The notes beneath the pieces are model-generated. The model searched no databases. It was not told the origin of the DNA and was given only the letters and a program-made list of their open reading frames with translations. A stretch of DNA of 59,200 nucleotides, from the NCBI GenBank assembly GCA_036380415.1, contig DASVEV010000025.1, forward strand, positions 1 to 59,200, in the 5' to 3' direction. The position numbers were made by a program, and so were the translations under genes. This DNA comes from Nitrososphaeraceae archaeon (GTDB taxonomy: Archaea > Thermoproteota > Nitrososphaeria > Nitrososphaerales > Nitrososphaeraceae). Shown here in pieces: positions 10,246 to 21,089 of the stretch (position 1 is the stretch's first letter; each line of letters opens with the position of its first letter).

Positions 10246-11013
10246 ATGAAAAATACCAGCAGCATTGAAGAAGAAAGATCATTAACGTCACCATCATCTC
10301 TATCCAACTCATCTTCTGTAAGAGAATTTAATAATGACTTTGATGGGTACAGGTGGGTTATTTTTAATGGCCAAAAACATTTAGCTACTTTGAATTTAAT
10401 TAAGGGAAATACAGTATATGATGAAAAACTAATAACAATCGATAAGGAAGAATATCGGCTCTGGGATATATTTAGAAGTAAACTTGCTGCAGCTCTAGTC
10501 AAAGGTTTAAAAAATCTTCCTATAAAAAACAAAACAAAAGTCCTTTATTTAGGTGCATCCACTGGAACTACAGTAAGCCATATTTCAGATATTATAGGTA
10601 ATTCTGGAGTAATTTTTGCAATAGAATCTTCTATTCGTGTAGCTAGAGAGCTCATTGAAAACGTTGCTTCTAAAAGAGAAAATATTATTCCAATAATAGA
10701 AGATGCAAGAAAACCTCTCTCCTACTTCTCTACATATGGTGAAGTGGATGTTGTGTATTGTGATATTGCTCAACCTGATCAAACTGAAATAGCAATAGAC
10801 AATTGTAAAACTTTTCTTAAAGATAATGGTAAAATATTGCTAGTGGTAAAAACTCGAAGTATAGATGTAACTCAGGATCCAAGAACAGTTATACTTCAAG
10901 AAGCAAAAAAACTAGAAAATGGTGGATTTAATCTAGAACAAATTTTAAACCTTGATCCTTACGATAAAGATCATGGATTGATATATGCAACATACAGTCA
11001 AATAAAATCATAA
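10246..11013 (+). CDS. flpA: fibrillarin-like rRNA/tRNA 2'-O-methyltransferase
   Basis: YRLW..FRSKLAAA, VLYLGASTGTTVSHISD, NIIPIIEDA, DIAQPDQ, RSID, PYDKDH. Confidence 0.96.
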   Translation: MKNTSSIEEERSLTSPSSLSNSSSVREFNNDFDGYRWVIFNGQKHLATLNLIKGNTVYDEKLITIDKEEYRLWDIFRSKLAAALVKGLKNLPIKNKTKVLYLGASTGTTVSHISDIIGNSGVIFAIESSIRVARELIENVASKRENIIPIIEDARKPLSYFSTYGEVDVVYCDIAQPDQTEIAIDNCKTFLKDNGKILLVVKTRSIDVTQDPRTVILQEAKKLENGGFNLEQILNLDPYDKDHGLIYATYSQIKS

Positions 11014-11666
11014 ATCTTACTTTGTTTGCATATTATTTCTCTTACAGGTTTCCATGATTTTCTTACAAAGTTTGGAAATTCCTTATATTCTTTAATCCAA
11101 TTATGTATAAAATACATAGTCTTTTTATCAGAGGGATAGCCACTTCCAATATTTTGAAAATTCTCTTCCAAAATTTGGATTTCTCTATCTCTTGTTACTT
11201 TTGCAATTATTGAAGCTGCGGATACAGCAGGGTTTATTCTGTCTGCTTTATGCATGGCAATGACACTGGTATTATTTTTTAAATCTAAATTTGACTTAAG
11301 GTAATTTGTGTATCTATTAATATTTACATCACATGAATCCACATAGGCAACATCTGCTTCGAGATATTTAATAATTGTTGACATTATTCCTCCTTCTAAT
11401 TTATTTAATTTTCTTTGATATACATTTTCATCAATAGTCTTACAATCAATTTTGTATATACATACGAATTCTGAAATATCTAATATTTTATCAAATAAAA
11501 AACCTCTTTTTTTTCTGGTTAAAGCTTTTGAATCTCTTACTCCTATTTCCTCCAATTTTTTGATATCACTATTTTTAATATTTATACCAGCAATTACAAG
11601 AGGACCTAGGACAGATCCTCTTCCAGCCTCATCAATCCCGCATATTAACAAATTAATATTTCTCAT
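10998..11666 (-). CDS. rnhB: ribonuclease HII
   Basis: GIDEAGRG, GVRDSK, HKAD, SAASIIAKVTRD, GSGYPSD. Confidence 0.96.
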   Translation of the reverse strand: MRNINLLICGIDEAGRGSVLGPLVIAGINIKNSDIKKLEEIGVRDSKALTRKKRGFLFDKILDISEFVCIYKIDCKTIDENVYQRKLNKLEGGIMSTIIKYLEADVAYVDSCDVNINRYTNYLKSNLDLKNNTSVIAMHKADRINPAVSAASIIAKVTRDREIQILEENFQNIGSGYPSDKKTMYFIHNWIKEYKEFPNFVRKSWKPVREIICKQSKIYDFI

Positions 11667-11726
11667 TAATTCAATCTCTTACATTAAAATTTCTATACAA
11701 AGGTTAAACCAAACATTAGTAATTAT

Positions 11727-12947
11727 ATGATAAATAACTTCTATTATTCTACTAAAATTATGGATAATTTTATACAGATCACAGAAGGTCAAACAAAATT
11801 ACTTGTTCCTAAAAATTCGCTTGACGAAAAGGTTCCACCACGTTATCCTGCCTTTTTCAATCCTCTTGCAAGGTTAAATAGAGATTTGTCTATTTATATT
11901 TATAATATTTTTTTAGATGAATATGACAACAATAAAAATAATCAAATTACCTTTGCTGATGCATTTGGGGGAATTGGATCTAGAGGACTCAGAGTAGCAG
12001 TAGAAGTACCCAAAGTTTCCAAAATTTACATAAATGATATTAATGAACTGGCCATAACAGCTGCAAAAGAATCGGCACATCTAAATAATGTCTATGAAAA
12101 ATGTATTTTTTCAATTAATGAGGTATGTAATTTTCTCATTTCCAGGCCAACAGAAAGAAACAAAAGATTTACAATAGTAGATTTGGATCCATTCGGAAGT
12201 CCTTCCCCTTTTATTGAATGCGTTCTCAGATCTGTTGAAAATGAGGGATTAATTTCTATTACAGCAACTGATACTGCAGTTTTAAGTGGAATATATCAAA
12301 ATGTATGCCTTAGAAAATATTTTGGTTTATCGATTAACAATACCTATTCAAATGAAGTTGCCATACGCTTAATAATATCTTCAACAGCATTAATGGCAGC
12401 AAGATTGGGAATATCTTTATCCCCTATCTTTGTTCATTCAAATAGACATTATTTTCGTGTATTTCTTAAAGCATCAATAAGTAATTCAAAAGCTAACATG
12501 GTTTTTGATAACCTAGGGTACATAAAACATTGTTTTAAGTGTGGTGAAAGAAATTTTTCTCGTAATTATTCAAAAGATCTATGTCCGATATGTAGTAGTG
12601 GATTTAACGTCGCTGGTCAGCTCTGGATAGGAAAATTATTTGATAAAATTATTATTACAAACTTAATAAAAAAACATTTTTCAGGTGATTTTAATAATGA
12701 TAAAAAAAATCAACAAATTAAACAAATATTTGATATTAGTGTAGAGGAATTAGATGATATGCCCTATTACTTTTCAGTAGATGAGATAGGCTCCAAGCTT
12801 AGAACCAGTCCAAAAAAATTAAGTAAAATTATTGAGGAGATTATTTGTTCAGGTTATCGTGCATCAAGGACAATTTTTCGTCCTACTGGCTTGAAAACTA
12901 CTGCTTCAATGTCTGATATTTTATATATACTAAAAATTAGAGAATGA
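11727..12947 (+). CDS. trm1: tRNA (guanine26-N2)-dimethyltransferase Trm1
   Basis: FFNP...NRDLS, G.RGLR, DLDPFGSP, TATD and a CxxC...CxxC zinc finger; start may be ATG 11760. Confidence 0.93.
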   Translation: MINNFYYSTKIMDNFIQITEGQTKLLVPKNSLDEKVPPRYPAFFNPLARLNRDLSIYIYNIFLDEYDNNKNNQITFADAFGGIGSRGLRVAVEVPKVSKIYINDINELAITAAKESAHLNNVYEKCIFSINEVCNFLISRPTERNKRFTIVDLDPFGSPSPFIECVLRSVENEGLISITATDTAVLSGIYQNVCLRKYFGLSINNTYSNEVAIRLIISSTALMAARLGISLSPIFVHSNRHYFRVFLKASISNSKANMVFDNLGYIKHCFKCGERNFSRNYSKDLCPICSSGFNVAGQLWIGKLFDKIIITNLIKKHFSGDFNNDKKNQQIKQIFDISVEELDDMPYYFSVDEIGSKLRTSPKKLSKIIEEIICSGYRASRTIFRPTGLKTTASMSDILYILKIRE

Positions 12948-13258
12948 ATTAAATTAAATAAATAAAACTCTAATGCTATTATTTATATTTGCTTTGTATA
13001 TACATTAGATAAAAATTGAATGAGACTAATCCCATTTTTTATGGGACAAAGCCAATAATAGTATATATATTTAATAAATTTAATTCCATAGATAATAAAA
13101 GTGCCAATAATAAATTTTACCAAAGATTCTTAAAGGTTAAAAATAACTTTTTTAAAAGTTTTTACTATTCCTTCTTTATATCCTAGCCTATGGTGATTTT
13201 AAATTTTGTTCTTTCAGAGTTTTAAGAGATTGGTCTGTAATGGCAGTGGTGTATTGCA

Positions 13259-14053
13259 GTGGTTAAATTAGAAATAAAAGATGTTACCAAATCATTCTAT
13301 AGAAATGAGGGAAAACAATCAACTCTAATTAATGCCATTGAAAATATTAATTTCGCAGTAAATGATGGTGAATTCATTTGTCTTGTAGGTCCTTCTGGTT
13401 GTGGAAAGTCTACTCTTCTCAATATATTAGCAGGACTGGATAATCCAACAAAAGGACAAGTTGTATTAAATGGTAGGCCAATTAGTGGAACTGGACCAGA
13501 TAGAATAATGGTTTTTCAAGAAAACGCTCTGTTTCCATGGATGAAAGTAATAGATAATGTAGAATTTGGATTAAAAATAGCTAAAGTTGAAAAAATAAAA
13601 AGAAGAGAAATAGCAATGCAATACCTTGACATGATGCAATTAAAAAAATTTGCAGAATCGTATGTATATCAACTTTCTGGAGGTATGAAACAAAGAGTCT
13701 CTATAGCACGAGCATTAGTTTTGGATCCGGAGGTATTACTTATGGATGAACCATTTGCTGCTCTAGATTCTCAAACTCGTGATTTGTTATTAGTTGAATT
13801 ACAATTAATTTGGGCTAAAACAAATAAAACAATTATTTTTGTTACACACAACATTATAGAATCTGTATGTCTTGGTGATAGAGTAGTAGTATTTACTAAT
13901 AGACCAGGTAAAATAAAAAAAAATATTAAAATAGACTATAGACGACCTAGGTTAACAGAAGATGATAACCTCAAAGATTTTCAAAGACAAATTCTTTATG
14001 AATTAAAATCAGAGATGGTTCATTCAAGAAAAGAAAAGACAGATTTATTTTAA
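13259..14053 (+). CDS. ABC transporter ATP-binding protein, nitrate/sulfonate/taurine (SsuB/TauB) type
   Basis: Walker A GPSGCGKST, VFQE.ALFPW, LSGGMKQR, Walker B LLMDEPFAALD, VTH. Confidence 0.93.
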   Translation: MVKLEIKDVTKSFYRNEGKQSTLINAIENINFAVNDGEFICLVGPSGCGKSTLLNILAGLDNPTKGQVVLNGRPISGTGPDRIMVFQENALFPWMKVIDNVEFGLKIAKVEKIKRREIAMQYLDMMQLKKFAESYVYQLSGGMKQRVSIARALVLDPEVLLMDEPFAALDSQTRDLLLVELQLIWAKTNKTIIFVTHNIIESVCLGDRVVVFTNRPGKIKKNIKIDYRRPRLTEDDNLKDFQRQILYELKSEMVHSRKEKTDLF

Positions 14054-14806
14054 CTCTTTTAATATTTCTGTTGCCAATGCAAAATGATTGGGCGAAGTTA
14101 TTAAAACCTCATCTGCAATCTTACCCGAATTTTTAATAAATTCTATAGGTTCTTTTTCATATTCTTTCCAATTTAGACCTATTAATTCAGCTGATTTTTT
14201 GTTCTTTTCTGAAGGTACCATTATACATGCAACTACCTTGATATCAAAAGGTCTAACTTGATCTATTATGTTTTCTAAATCTGTTAATGACTCGATGGAT
14301 TGAGTTACGAATGCATTAGGTTTTGCATCAATTTTTCTTTTGATGGTATTAATATTTCGTATTTTATTTGGAATTGATAGATTTAGTTTTATTGATCTGT
14401 TGAACTCTTGAGAGTTAAGCTGATGAACCACTTTACTAGGTTTTAATAATTCTTGATTCTCTAAATCATTTCTGGGTTGATCTCCTAGTATAATGAGTAA
14501 ACTTTCAATATTTAGTAAAATAGAATCAGAAATAGTTTGATACATAGAAATCAAATTTCTATCTCTTGTTCTTACGCTACATGAAATCTTCAATTTAGCG
14601 TTATATTTTTTTATTATGCTGGCCATGGTTATACTTGATAATCTCGGAATTCCTAATACGGAATCGGTAAAATGAAGACAATTGATATATTCATCAAGTA
14701 TCATCACCTTTTTTTTAACATTTTCTATATTACTTGAAAGATCTGAATAACTAAAATAATTATTAGGTAAGATTTTAGGTGGATTTAACTCATAACTAAT
14801 TATCAA
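14045..14806 (-). CDS. methylenetetrahydrofolate reductase-like FAD-linked oxidoreductase
   Basis: ELNPPK, TDSVLG.PR, RTRDRN, LGD.P and FVTQ motifs resemble short archaeal MetF-like proteins. Confidence 0.75.
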   Translation of the reverse strand: MIISYELNPPKILPNNYFSYSDLSSNIENVKKKVMILDEYINCLHFTDSVLGIPRLSSITMASIIKKYNAKLKISCSVRTRDRNLISMYQTISDSILLNIESLLIILGDQPRNDLENQELLKPSKVVHQLNSQEFNRSIKLNLSIPNKIRNINTIKRKIDAKPNAFVTQSIESLTDLENIIDQVRPFDIKVVACIMVPSEKNKKSAELIGLNWKEYEKEPIEFIKNSGKIADEVLITSPNHFALATEILKELK

Positions 14807-15013
14807 CTACTTTCATTTAATTTTTCTCTAATGGAATATAAAATATAATTGATTTATTTACAGTATTATCAAAATCGCTATACATTGTCTTTCCAGTTGT
14901 TTTTATTTTACCCATTTTTTAATTGTTTATCAATTCTTGTGCTCACATAAAATCACTTTTTAATTATCATTAAATCTATAATTTTAAAATATTCCTATAT
15001 CTATTTTAGATTA

Positions 15014-15586
15014 TTGGAGATCGATAAAAACCAATTCATAGAAAAGATTATTCCTAGACTTTCATCTACAATTAATGTCGATGTCCGATTATTAAAATTA
15101 TCTGGATATACTCTTTCTTCTGTTCTTATAATTATTCACTTTACGGATTTCACACCAAAAATTATCTTAACAAAAAGGAGCTCTCTGTTGAAGTATCACA
15201 AAAATGAAATTTCATTTCCTGGGGGGACATATAAAGAAACAGATTCCTCATTAATAAATACTGCACTAAGGGAAACAAAAGAAGAAATAGGTCTAAATTT
15301 TCATTCAAATGAAATCTTGGGGTGTTTCCAAACAGTAAGTACATTAACTTCCAATTTTGCAATAATTCCATTTGTTACATTCCAGGATAGTATTAGAAAA
15401 ACTAATCTATTAATCGATGAAGTCTCTGAAGTATTGGATATTCCTGTATTTGATTTGTTTAGAGGTCTTAATAATAATTTTAAATATAAAAATTATAGTG
15501 ATTCTTACTCATTCAGATATAATAGTGAAATAATTTGGGGAGCTACCGCAAGAATTTTAAAACAAATACGAGATTGTTTTTATTAA
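15014..15586 (+). CDS. Nudix hydrolase, CoA pyrophosphatase subfamily
   Basis: LTKRS..L..H..EISFPGG, Nudix box TALRETKEEIGL, IWGATARIL. Confidence 0.9.
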   Translation: MEIDKNQFIEKIIPRLSSTINVDVRLLKLSGYTLSSVLIIIHFTDFTPKIILTKRSSLLKYHKNEISFPGGTYKETDSSLINTALRETKEEIGLNFHSNEILGCFQTVSTLTSNFAIIPFVTFQDSIRKTNLLIDEVSEVLDIPVFDLFRGLNNNFKYKNYSDSYSFRYNSEIIWGATARILKQIRDCFY

Positions 15587-15730
15587 TATTTCAACATAAT
15601 TTATCGTTTAGTTCAAGTTTTGATTATATCACATTTAAAAAGAGCCATAGATAAAAGGTAAAATTTTTTTTTGCAAATAATTAATAATGATGAGTATCAA
15701 ATGATAATAATTAAATCAACTAATAATAAT

Positions 15731-15850
15731 ATGAATCCCGAATTTGATTCAATAATTGATACTTTAAATTCTGTTGATTTTCCTATCCTTCTAGGAATTT
15801 TTGGCTTTATCTCTGCAGTAATAATTTGGGGGATAATAAAAAACCGTTAA
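15731..15850 (+). CDS. small single-pass membrane protein (39 aa)
   Basis: Manual translation MNPEFDSIIDTLNSVDFPILLGIFGFISAVIIWGIIKNR*: acidic N-terminus, TM helix, basic tail; below the ORF-track cutoff. Confidence 0.55.
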   Translation: MNPEFDSIIDTLNSVDFPILLGIFGFISAVIIWGIIKNR

Positions 15851-15932
15851 ACCATGTTCAAACTTCCTAATTCTATTTTTTGACGGAAAAGAGCTGTTTT
15901 TATAACTCTATAAACTAGTTACTTGTTGATTT

Positions 15933-17387
15933 ATGGCTTTTGATAGTTTATCTGAATACATGGATACCCTGGAATCTGTTGGCAAATTACATCGTGTAAA
16001 AACTGAGGTAGATACCAATCTTGAGATAGCGGAGATTATGAGACGTATGATGTATTCAGGACAATCGCCTGCTATACTTTTTGAAAATGTAAAAGGCTAT
16101 GATATACCAGTATTAGGTAATGCATTTGGAACTATGGATTTATTAAAAACTGCTCTTAATCTCTCAGATTTTAGAGAAATTGGTAAAAGAATTACGGATT
16201 TAACAAAATTGAAAATCCCTTCTAACCTGTTTGATAAATTAAAGATGCTTCCTAGATTATCTGAATTAGGAGAGTATGCTCCAAAGTATCTTCAATCTGG
16301 TGCTGTAACAGAAATAATTGAAATGGAAAATGCTAATCTTAACTCTCTACCAATTCTAAAATCGTTTCCCAATGATGCGGGAAAATTTATTACCTTTGGA
16401 TTAACTATAACCAAACATCCAGAAACTGGAATTCGAAATATTGGTGTTTATAGAATTCAAATCGTAAATGAAAAAAAGGCTATAATGCATTGGCAGACAC
16501 ATAAACGAGGAGCTCAACACTATGAGATAATGAAGGAATATAGTAAACCTATTGAAACAGCAATAGTAATTGGAACCGACCCATCAACCATTTTTAGTGG
16601 AATAGCTCCTGTACCGGAAGGAATGGATAAATTTTTCTTTTCTGGAATCGTCAGAAAAAAAGGGGTAAAATTAGTAAAATGCAAAACAGTTGATTTAGAA
16701 ATTCCTGCTAACTCTGAGATTGTTTTAGAAGGATATGTTGACCCTAATGAAATGAGAATAGAAGGACCATTTGGAGATCATACTGGATTTTATACACCTC
16801 CTGAACCATATCCAACATTCAATTTGACATGTATGATGAGAAGAAGAAATCCAATATATCTGACAACAGTTGTTGGGAAACCAGTTTTGGAAGATGCATA
16901 TATAGGTAAAGTTATTGAACAATCATTTCTTCCTCTTATTCAAATGTTTCAACCTGAGGTGGTTGATTTTTCGATGCCTGCTTCCGGTTGGTTCCAAGGA
17001 TTGGGTGTAATATCTATCAAAAAAAGATATCCGGGACAGGCAAAAAAAGTAATGATGGGGTTATGGGGTATGGGACAATTATCATTAACAAAAATTTTTG
17101 TTGTAGTTGATCATGATATTAATGTACATGATATAAATGAAGTAATCTGGGCAATTACTACAAAATCTGATCCTAAAAGGGATGTACTTATAATTGATAA
17201 TACTCCTACAGATACGCTTGATCCTGCATCTCCAATTTTGAATCTTGGTTCAAAAATGGGAATAGACGCAACTACTAAAACCAGAGAGGAAGGATTTATG
17301 CGAGAAATTCAAAAACAAGTAGAAGTTGACAATGATACCAAAATTCTAGTTGATAAAAAATGGATCCATTATGGCTTCCATAATTAA
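15933..17387 (+). CDS. ubiD: UbiD-family (menaquinone biosynthesis) decarboxylase
   Basis: RNIGVYR, EIVLEG, EGPFGDHTGFY, GKPVLED, VVVDHDI, DTLD, GSKMGIDAT. Confidence 0.93.
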   Translation: MAFDSLSEYMDTLESVGKLHRVKTEVDTNLEIAEIMRRMMYSGQSPAILFENVKGYDIPVLGNAFGTMDLLKTALNLSDFREIGKRITDLTKLKIPSNLFDKLKMLPRLSELGEYAPKYLQSGAVTEIIEMENANLNSLPILKSFPNDAGKFITFGLTITKHPETGIRNIGVYRIQIVNEKKAIMHWQTHKRGAQHYEIMKEYSKPIETAIVIGTDPSTIFSGIAPVPEGMDKFFFSGIVRKKGVKLVKCKTVDLEIPANSEIVLEGYVDPNEMRIEGPFGDHTGFYTPPEPYPTFNLTCMMRRRNPIYLTTVVGKPVLEDAYIGKVIEQSFLPLIQMFQPEVVDFSMPASGWFQGLGVISIKKRYPGQAKKVMMGLWGMGQLSLTKIFVVVDHDINVHDINEVIWAITTKSDPKRDVLIIDNTPTDTLDPASPILNLGSKMGIDATTKTREEGFMREIQKQVEVDNDTKILVDKKWIHYGFHN

Positions 17388-17511
17388 ATTATTCTATTAT
17401 TCCTCCATTTTTCATTTTGATTTCTTTTCAATTTGTTATATTCGTTTACAATTATAGTTATTCTATCAATTAGTTTAATAAATTGAATGTGTTTTTAAAT
17501 CTTGATTTTAA

Positions 17512-17928
17512 TTGGAATTTGATGTAAAAATTGGTGCTACAAAAGTGAGAGTTATAACAACTAATTCAAACCAGACTACCAGTTTTTTATGGGAAGGAGA
17601 AAATGTTCTGTCTACTCCTTCATTGATTTCCGAAATGGAAGAAACATGTAGACTACTTTTAAAGGATTTCGTTTTAAAAGATAAGGAGTGGGATTCAGTT
17701 GGAACCATTGTTGATATTAAACATCTTGCTATAACTCCAGTAGGTTCAACAATTAGGTTGAAAGCAATAATAGAATCTGTTAAAAATAGAAGAGTAATGT
17801 TTAATGTAGATGCATATGATAATATTGAAAAAATCGGGGAAGGAAAACATGAACGTTTTATTATTAATGTATCCAATTTTAGATCCAAATTTGAAGAAAA
17901 AAAGAAGAAATTAAATGTAAAGAATTGA
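17512..17928 (+). CDS. hotdog-fold thioesterase (fluoroacetyl-CoA thioesterase FlK-like)
   Basis: VLSTP.LI..ME, SVGT.V.IKHLA.TPVG, IGEG.HER. Confidence 0.88.
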   Translation: MEFDVKIGATKVRVITTNSNQTTSFLWEGENVLSTPSLISEMEETCRLLLKDFVLKDKEWDSVGTIVDIKHLAITPVGSTIRLKAIIESVKNRRVMFNVDAYDNIEKIGEGKHERFIINVSNFRSKFEEKKKKLNVKN

Positions 17929-17998
17929 TATTAAGTATATTAATCGTGTAAAACTATAAAAATAGGATTATTTGAAATGTGTTTATTATATTAGGTGA

Positions 17999-19717
17999 AT
18001 GAATATGAGTATGGGCCAAATTCAAACAAGCGCTGGCGGAATGCCGGTCGTAATTTTAAGAGAAGGAACAAAGGAAAATAAAGGAAGAGAGGCACAAAAA
18101 AATAATCTTACTGCGGCTAAATTGGTTGCTGAAGTAGTGAAATCTAGTCTAGGTCCACGAGGGATGGATAAAATGTTAGTTGATTCTCTAGGAGATGTTA
18201 CCATCACAAATGATGGAGCTACTATCCTCAAAGAAATAGATGTCCAACATCCAGCAGCAAAAATGGTCGTAGAAGTAGCCAAATCAGTAGATAATGAGGT
18301 CGGCGATGGTACCACATCTTCAGTCATTTTTACTGGTGCGTTATTAGAAAAAGCAGAAGAATTGATTGACAAAAACGTTCATCCATCAGTTATTGTTGAT
18401 GGTTATACTGCTGCTTCCATTGAAGCTCTTCAAACATTAGATAAAATCGCTATTAAAGTAAAAACTGATGATAGGGATCTTTTAGCAAAAATTGCGAATA
18501 CCAGTATGTATTCAAAGTTAGTTTCAGAAGATAGTCCTGTATTAAGTAAAATAGTCGTAGACGCTACACAAATGATAGCCGACTCGAATGAAAAAACAAA
18601 AACTCTAAAAGTTGATCTTGACAATATTAAGGTTGAAAAAAAAGCAGGTGGTTCTATGCAGGATACTTCTCTTATTAAAGGAATAGTTCTTGATAAAGAA
18701 GTTGTTCATAGTGGAATGCCAAAAAGAATTGAAAAAGCGAAAATAGCATTGATCAATTCTCCATTAGAAATAGAAAAAACTGAAATGAGTGCAGAAATCC
18801 GTATTAGTGATCCTCAGCAAATGCAAATGTTCCTTGAAGAGGAAAATAATATGTTAAGAGCAATGGTAGAAAAAGTTAAAAGTTCAGGCGCAAATGTTTT
18901 ACTATGTCAAAAAGGGATAGATGATCTTGCACAACACTACCTTGCTAAAGATGGTATACTTGCAGTTAGACGTGTTAAAGAAAGTGATATGCTAAAACTA
19001 ACTAAAGCCACAGGCGCACGACTTGTAAATAATATTGATGATCTTTCTTCGAAAGACCTTGGTTCAGCCGACGTAGTCGAAGAACGAAAGGTTGAAAATG
19101 ATAAATGGGTTTTCATAGAGGGATGTAAAAATCCAAAGGCAGTAACCATTCTGGTTAGAGGTGGTTCGCAAAGAGTCGTAGATGAAGCCGACCGTTCTCT
19201 TCATGATGCACTGATGGTTATGAAAGATGTTTTAGAAAAACCATTTATAGTAGCAGGTGGAGGAGCACCAGAAGCTTACATTGCTACACATATAAGAAAT
19301 TGGTCTAGCACTTTAGAAGGCAGAGAACAATTAGCGGTAATTAAATTTGCAGAGGCATTAGAAACCATTCCAATATCACTTGCTACTAATGCTGGTATGG
19401 ATCCAATCGATACAATGGCAGAGTTAAGAGCAAAACAAAACAAGGGAATGAAATGGACTGGTGTTAATGTAAGGAGTACCACGGTTTCAGATATGTTTAA
19501 ACAAAATATATTAGAGCCTGTTGTAATTAAAGAACAAATAATCAAGTCTGCTACTGAAGCAGCGTGCATGCTTTTACGAATTGATGATGTTATTGCATCA
19601 AGTAAATCTAAAGGAGGCCCACCTGGAGGTGGAATGCCCGGCGGAATGGGTGGAATGGGCGGCATGCCCGGCGGAATGGGTGGAATGGGCGGCATGCCCG
19701 GCATGGATATGGATTAA
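17999..19717 (+). CDS. ths: thermosome (group II chaperonin) subunit
   Basis: LGPRGMDKM, ITNDGATIL, GDGTTS, GGGAPE, LRIDDVI and a Gly-Met tail. Confidence 0.97.
   Translation: MNMSMGQIQTSAGGMPVVILREGTKENKGREAQKNNLTAAKLVAEVVKSSLGPRGMDKMLVDSLGDVTITNDGATILKEIDVQHPAAKMVVEVAKSVDNEVGDGTTSSVIFTGALLEKAEELIDKNVHPSVIVDGYTAASIEALQTLDKIAIKVKTDDRDLLAKIANTSMYSKLVSEDSPVLSKIVVDATQMIADSNEKTKTLKVDLDNIKVEKKAGGSMQDTSLIKGIVLDKEVVHSGMPKRIEKAKIALINSPLEIEKTEMSAEIRISDPQQMQMFLEEENNMLRAMVEKVKSSGANVLLCQKGIDDLAQHYLAKDGILAVRRVKESDMLKLTKATGARLVNNIDDLSSKDLGSADVVEERKVENDKWVFIEGCKNPKAVTILVRGGSQRVVDEADRSLHDALMVMKDVLEKPFIVAGGGAPEAYIATHIRNWSSTLEGREQLAVIKFAEALETIPISLATNAGMDPIDTMAELRAKQNKGMKWTGVNVRSTTVSDMFKQNILEPVVIKEQIIKSATEAACMLLRIDDVIASSKSKGGPPGGGMPGGMGGMGGMPGGMGGMGGMPGMDMD
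19634..19702 (+). repeat. 30-bp tandem repeat (2.3 copies) encoding the thermosome GGM tail
   Basis: ATGCCCGGCGGAATGGGTGGAATGGGCGGC at 19634 and 19664, partial copy at 19694. Confidence 0.9.
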
Positions 19718-19874
19718 TTTTTCATTTCCATCTATTTCCATCTTTTTCTTTTTAATAGATGCGTATTTTCGCTTAACTACATTAGTATAGAAAAAAAACA
19801 ACGATAAATTATTGAATACTAAAATAAAAATGCATATTTTTTAGTATTTCTAAAAAAGATTAGTGAATTTATAA

Positions 19875-20990
19875 TTATGTAGAGAATTTATCGAGTATCA
19901 TTTCAGACCATTTTCTTCCGCTACTTTTTAGGATATAACAATCAATACTAGATAGTAATTCCTCCATCATTTTTTTCTCGGCCTCTAAAAGATTATATGC
20001 TGTTTTATCTTCAATTCGTATGTATTTTATTAAATCACTATATGGTGGAAATAGAAATGCATCATCACTATTTTCTATCGCTCTTTTTAATGCATCATCT
20101 ATAGAAATCCTTTCCATTTTTTCTACTTTTTCTCCCTCACCGCCTTTTTCCAAAAAGAAAAGAGAATTGATTGTTGTTTTATCTTGAATTTTCGCATCTT
20201 TTATAATGTCGCTAATATGGTATTTTGGAGGTTTTATCCTTGACTGTCCAATTGTATTAATTGTAAAGATTGGTACATTATGATCCGCCAATTTATGCAT
20301 CAAACTCCTTCCAGTTTTTGAGTGAATTAAACTTCTAATTCTCATTCCTTTTTTATCATTTGTATCATTATCACTATTAGGAGATGATGATTGTGCTTCA
20401 ACTGCTGTTCTATAGGTATGGGCACTAATTGTCATTGATTTGGGAAAGCATACTGCATTATTTGGCAGTTTGATTATAGTCATATCATCTGACAAAAAAT
20501 AATATCCATGTTTAACACATTTTATTACAGTTGTTGTCTTGCCAGTATCTGGAGGCGCTGAAAGGAAAAAACCTTGACCATTTGGAGAGGACATACACGC
20601 AGAATGTAAAAGAATGTATTCCTTGGAAAGAAAGAGAAATCGGAGAATAGGCTCTATTAAATTCACATAAGTCACATGTTTTGATCTTGATATTAATTCA
20701 TTAATTGATACCTCTATTTTGCTTCCATTAAATTTTATTTGGAATTGAGCTCCTGAAGAACCAAAATGTTCTGTATATTTGATAGTATAAGATGAACCTC
20801 CAGATTCAAAGTTATCTGTCATTAATTTCCTCGTAGCTCTAAATTTAGACATATCAGGATCTTTGGAAAAAGATCTTACCATTAGCGTAATATCTGAATC
20901 GTAAAATTCTTTGGACGAAAAATATTCTAACTCTTGTAAATTTATCTCTGATTTAATCTTAATGATATCATGAATGTTATAGTAATACAA
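19875..20990 (-). CDS. HPr kinase-related P-loop protein
   Basis: LLHSAC...LSAPPDTGKTT...FLSDD follows the H / Walker A / DD pattern of the HprK-PEPCK fold. Confidence 0.75.
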   Translation of the reverse strand: MYYYNIHDIIKIKSEINLQELEYFSSKEFYDSDITLMVRSFSKDPDMSKFRATRKLMTDNFESGGSSYTIKYTEHFGSSGAQFQIKFNGSKIEVSINELISRSKHVTYVNLIEPILRFLFLSKEYILLHSACMSSPNGQGFFLSAPPDTGKTTTVIKCVKHGYYFLSDDMTIIKLPNNAVCFPKSMTISAHTYRTAVEAQSSSPNSDNDTNDKKGMRIRSLIHSKTGRSLMHKLADHNVPIFTINTIGQSRIKPPKYHISDIIKDAKIQDKTTINSLFFLEKGGEGEKVEKMERISIDDALKRAIENSDDAFLFPPYSDLIKYIRIEDKTAYNLLEAEKKMMEELLSSIDCYILKSSGRKWSEMILDKFST

Positions 20991-21059
20991 ATATACAGAA
21001 ATACTATTTTTAAAAGAGATTTAAACGGTATTCCTATATCTTATATAAGAATGTTCAAT

Positions 21060-21089
21060 ATTATATTTTATAGCATTATATTTTATAGC
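21060..21089. repeat. 15-bp direct tandem repeat in a divergent promoter region
   Basis: ATTATATTTTATAGC twice, followed by a partial ATTTTAGC. Confidence 0.7.

Noticed and set aside
15687-15730. ATGATGA as box C of another guide RNA
   Set aside because: No D or D' box at proper spacing, no terminal stem, low-complexity context
19634-19702. GC-rich tandem repeat as a CRISPR or mobile element
   Set aside because: No spacers; it encodes the ordinary Gly-Gly-Met chaperonin tail
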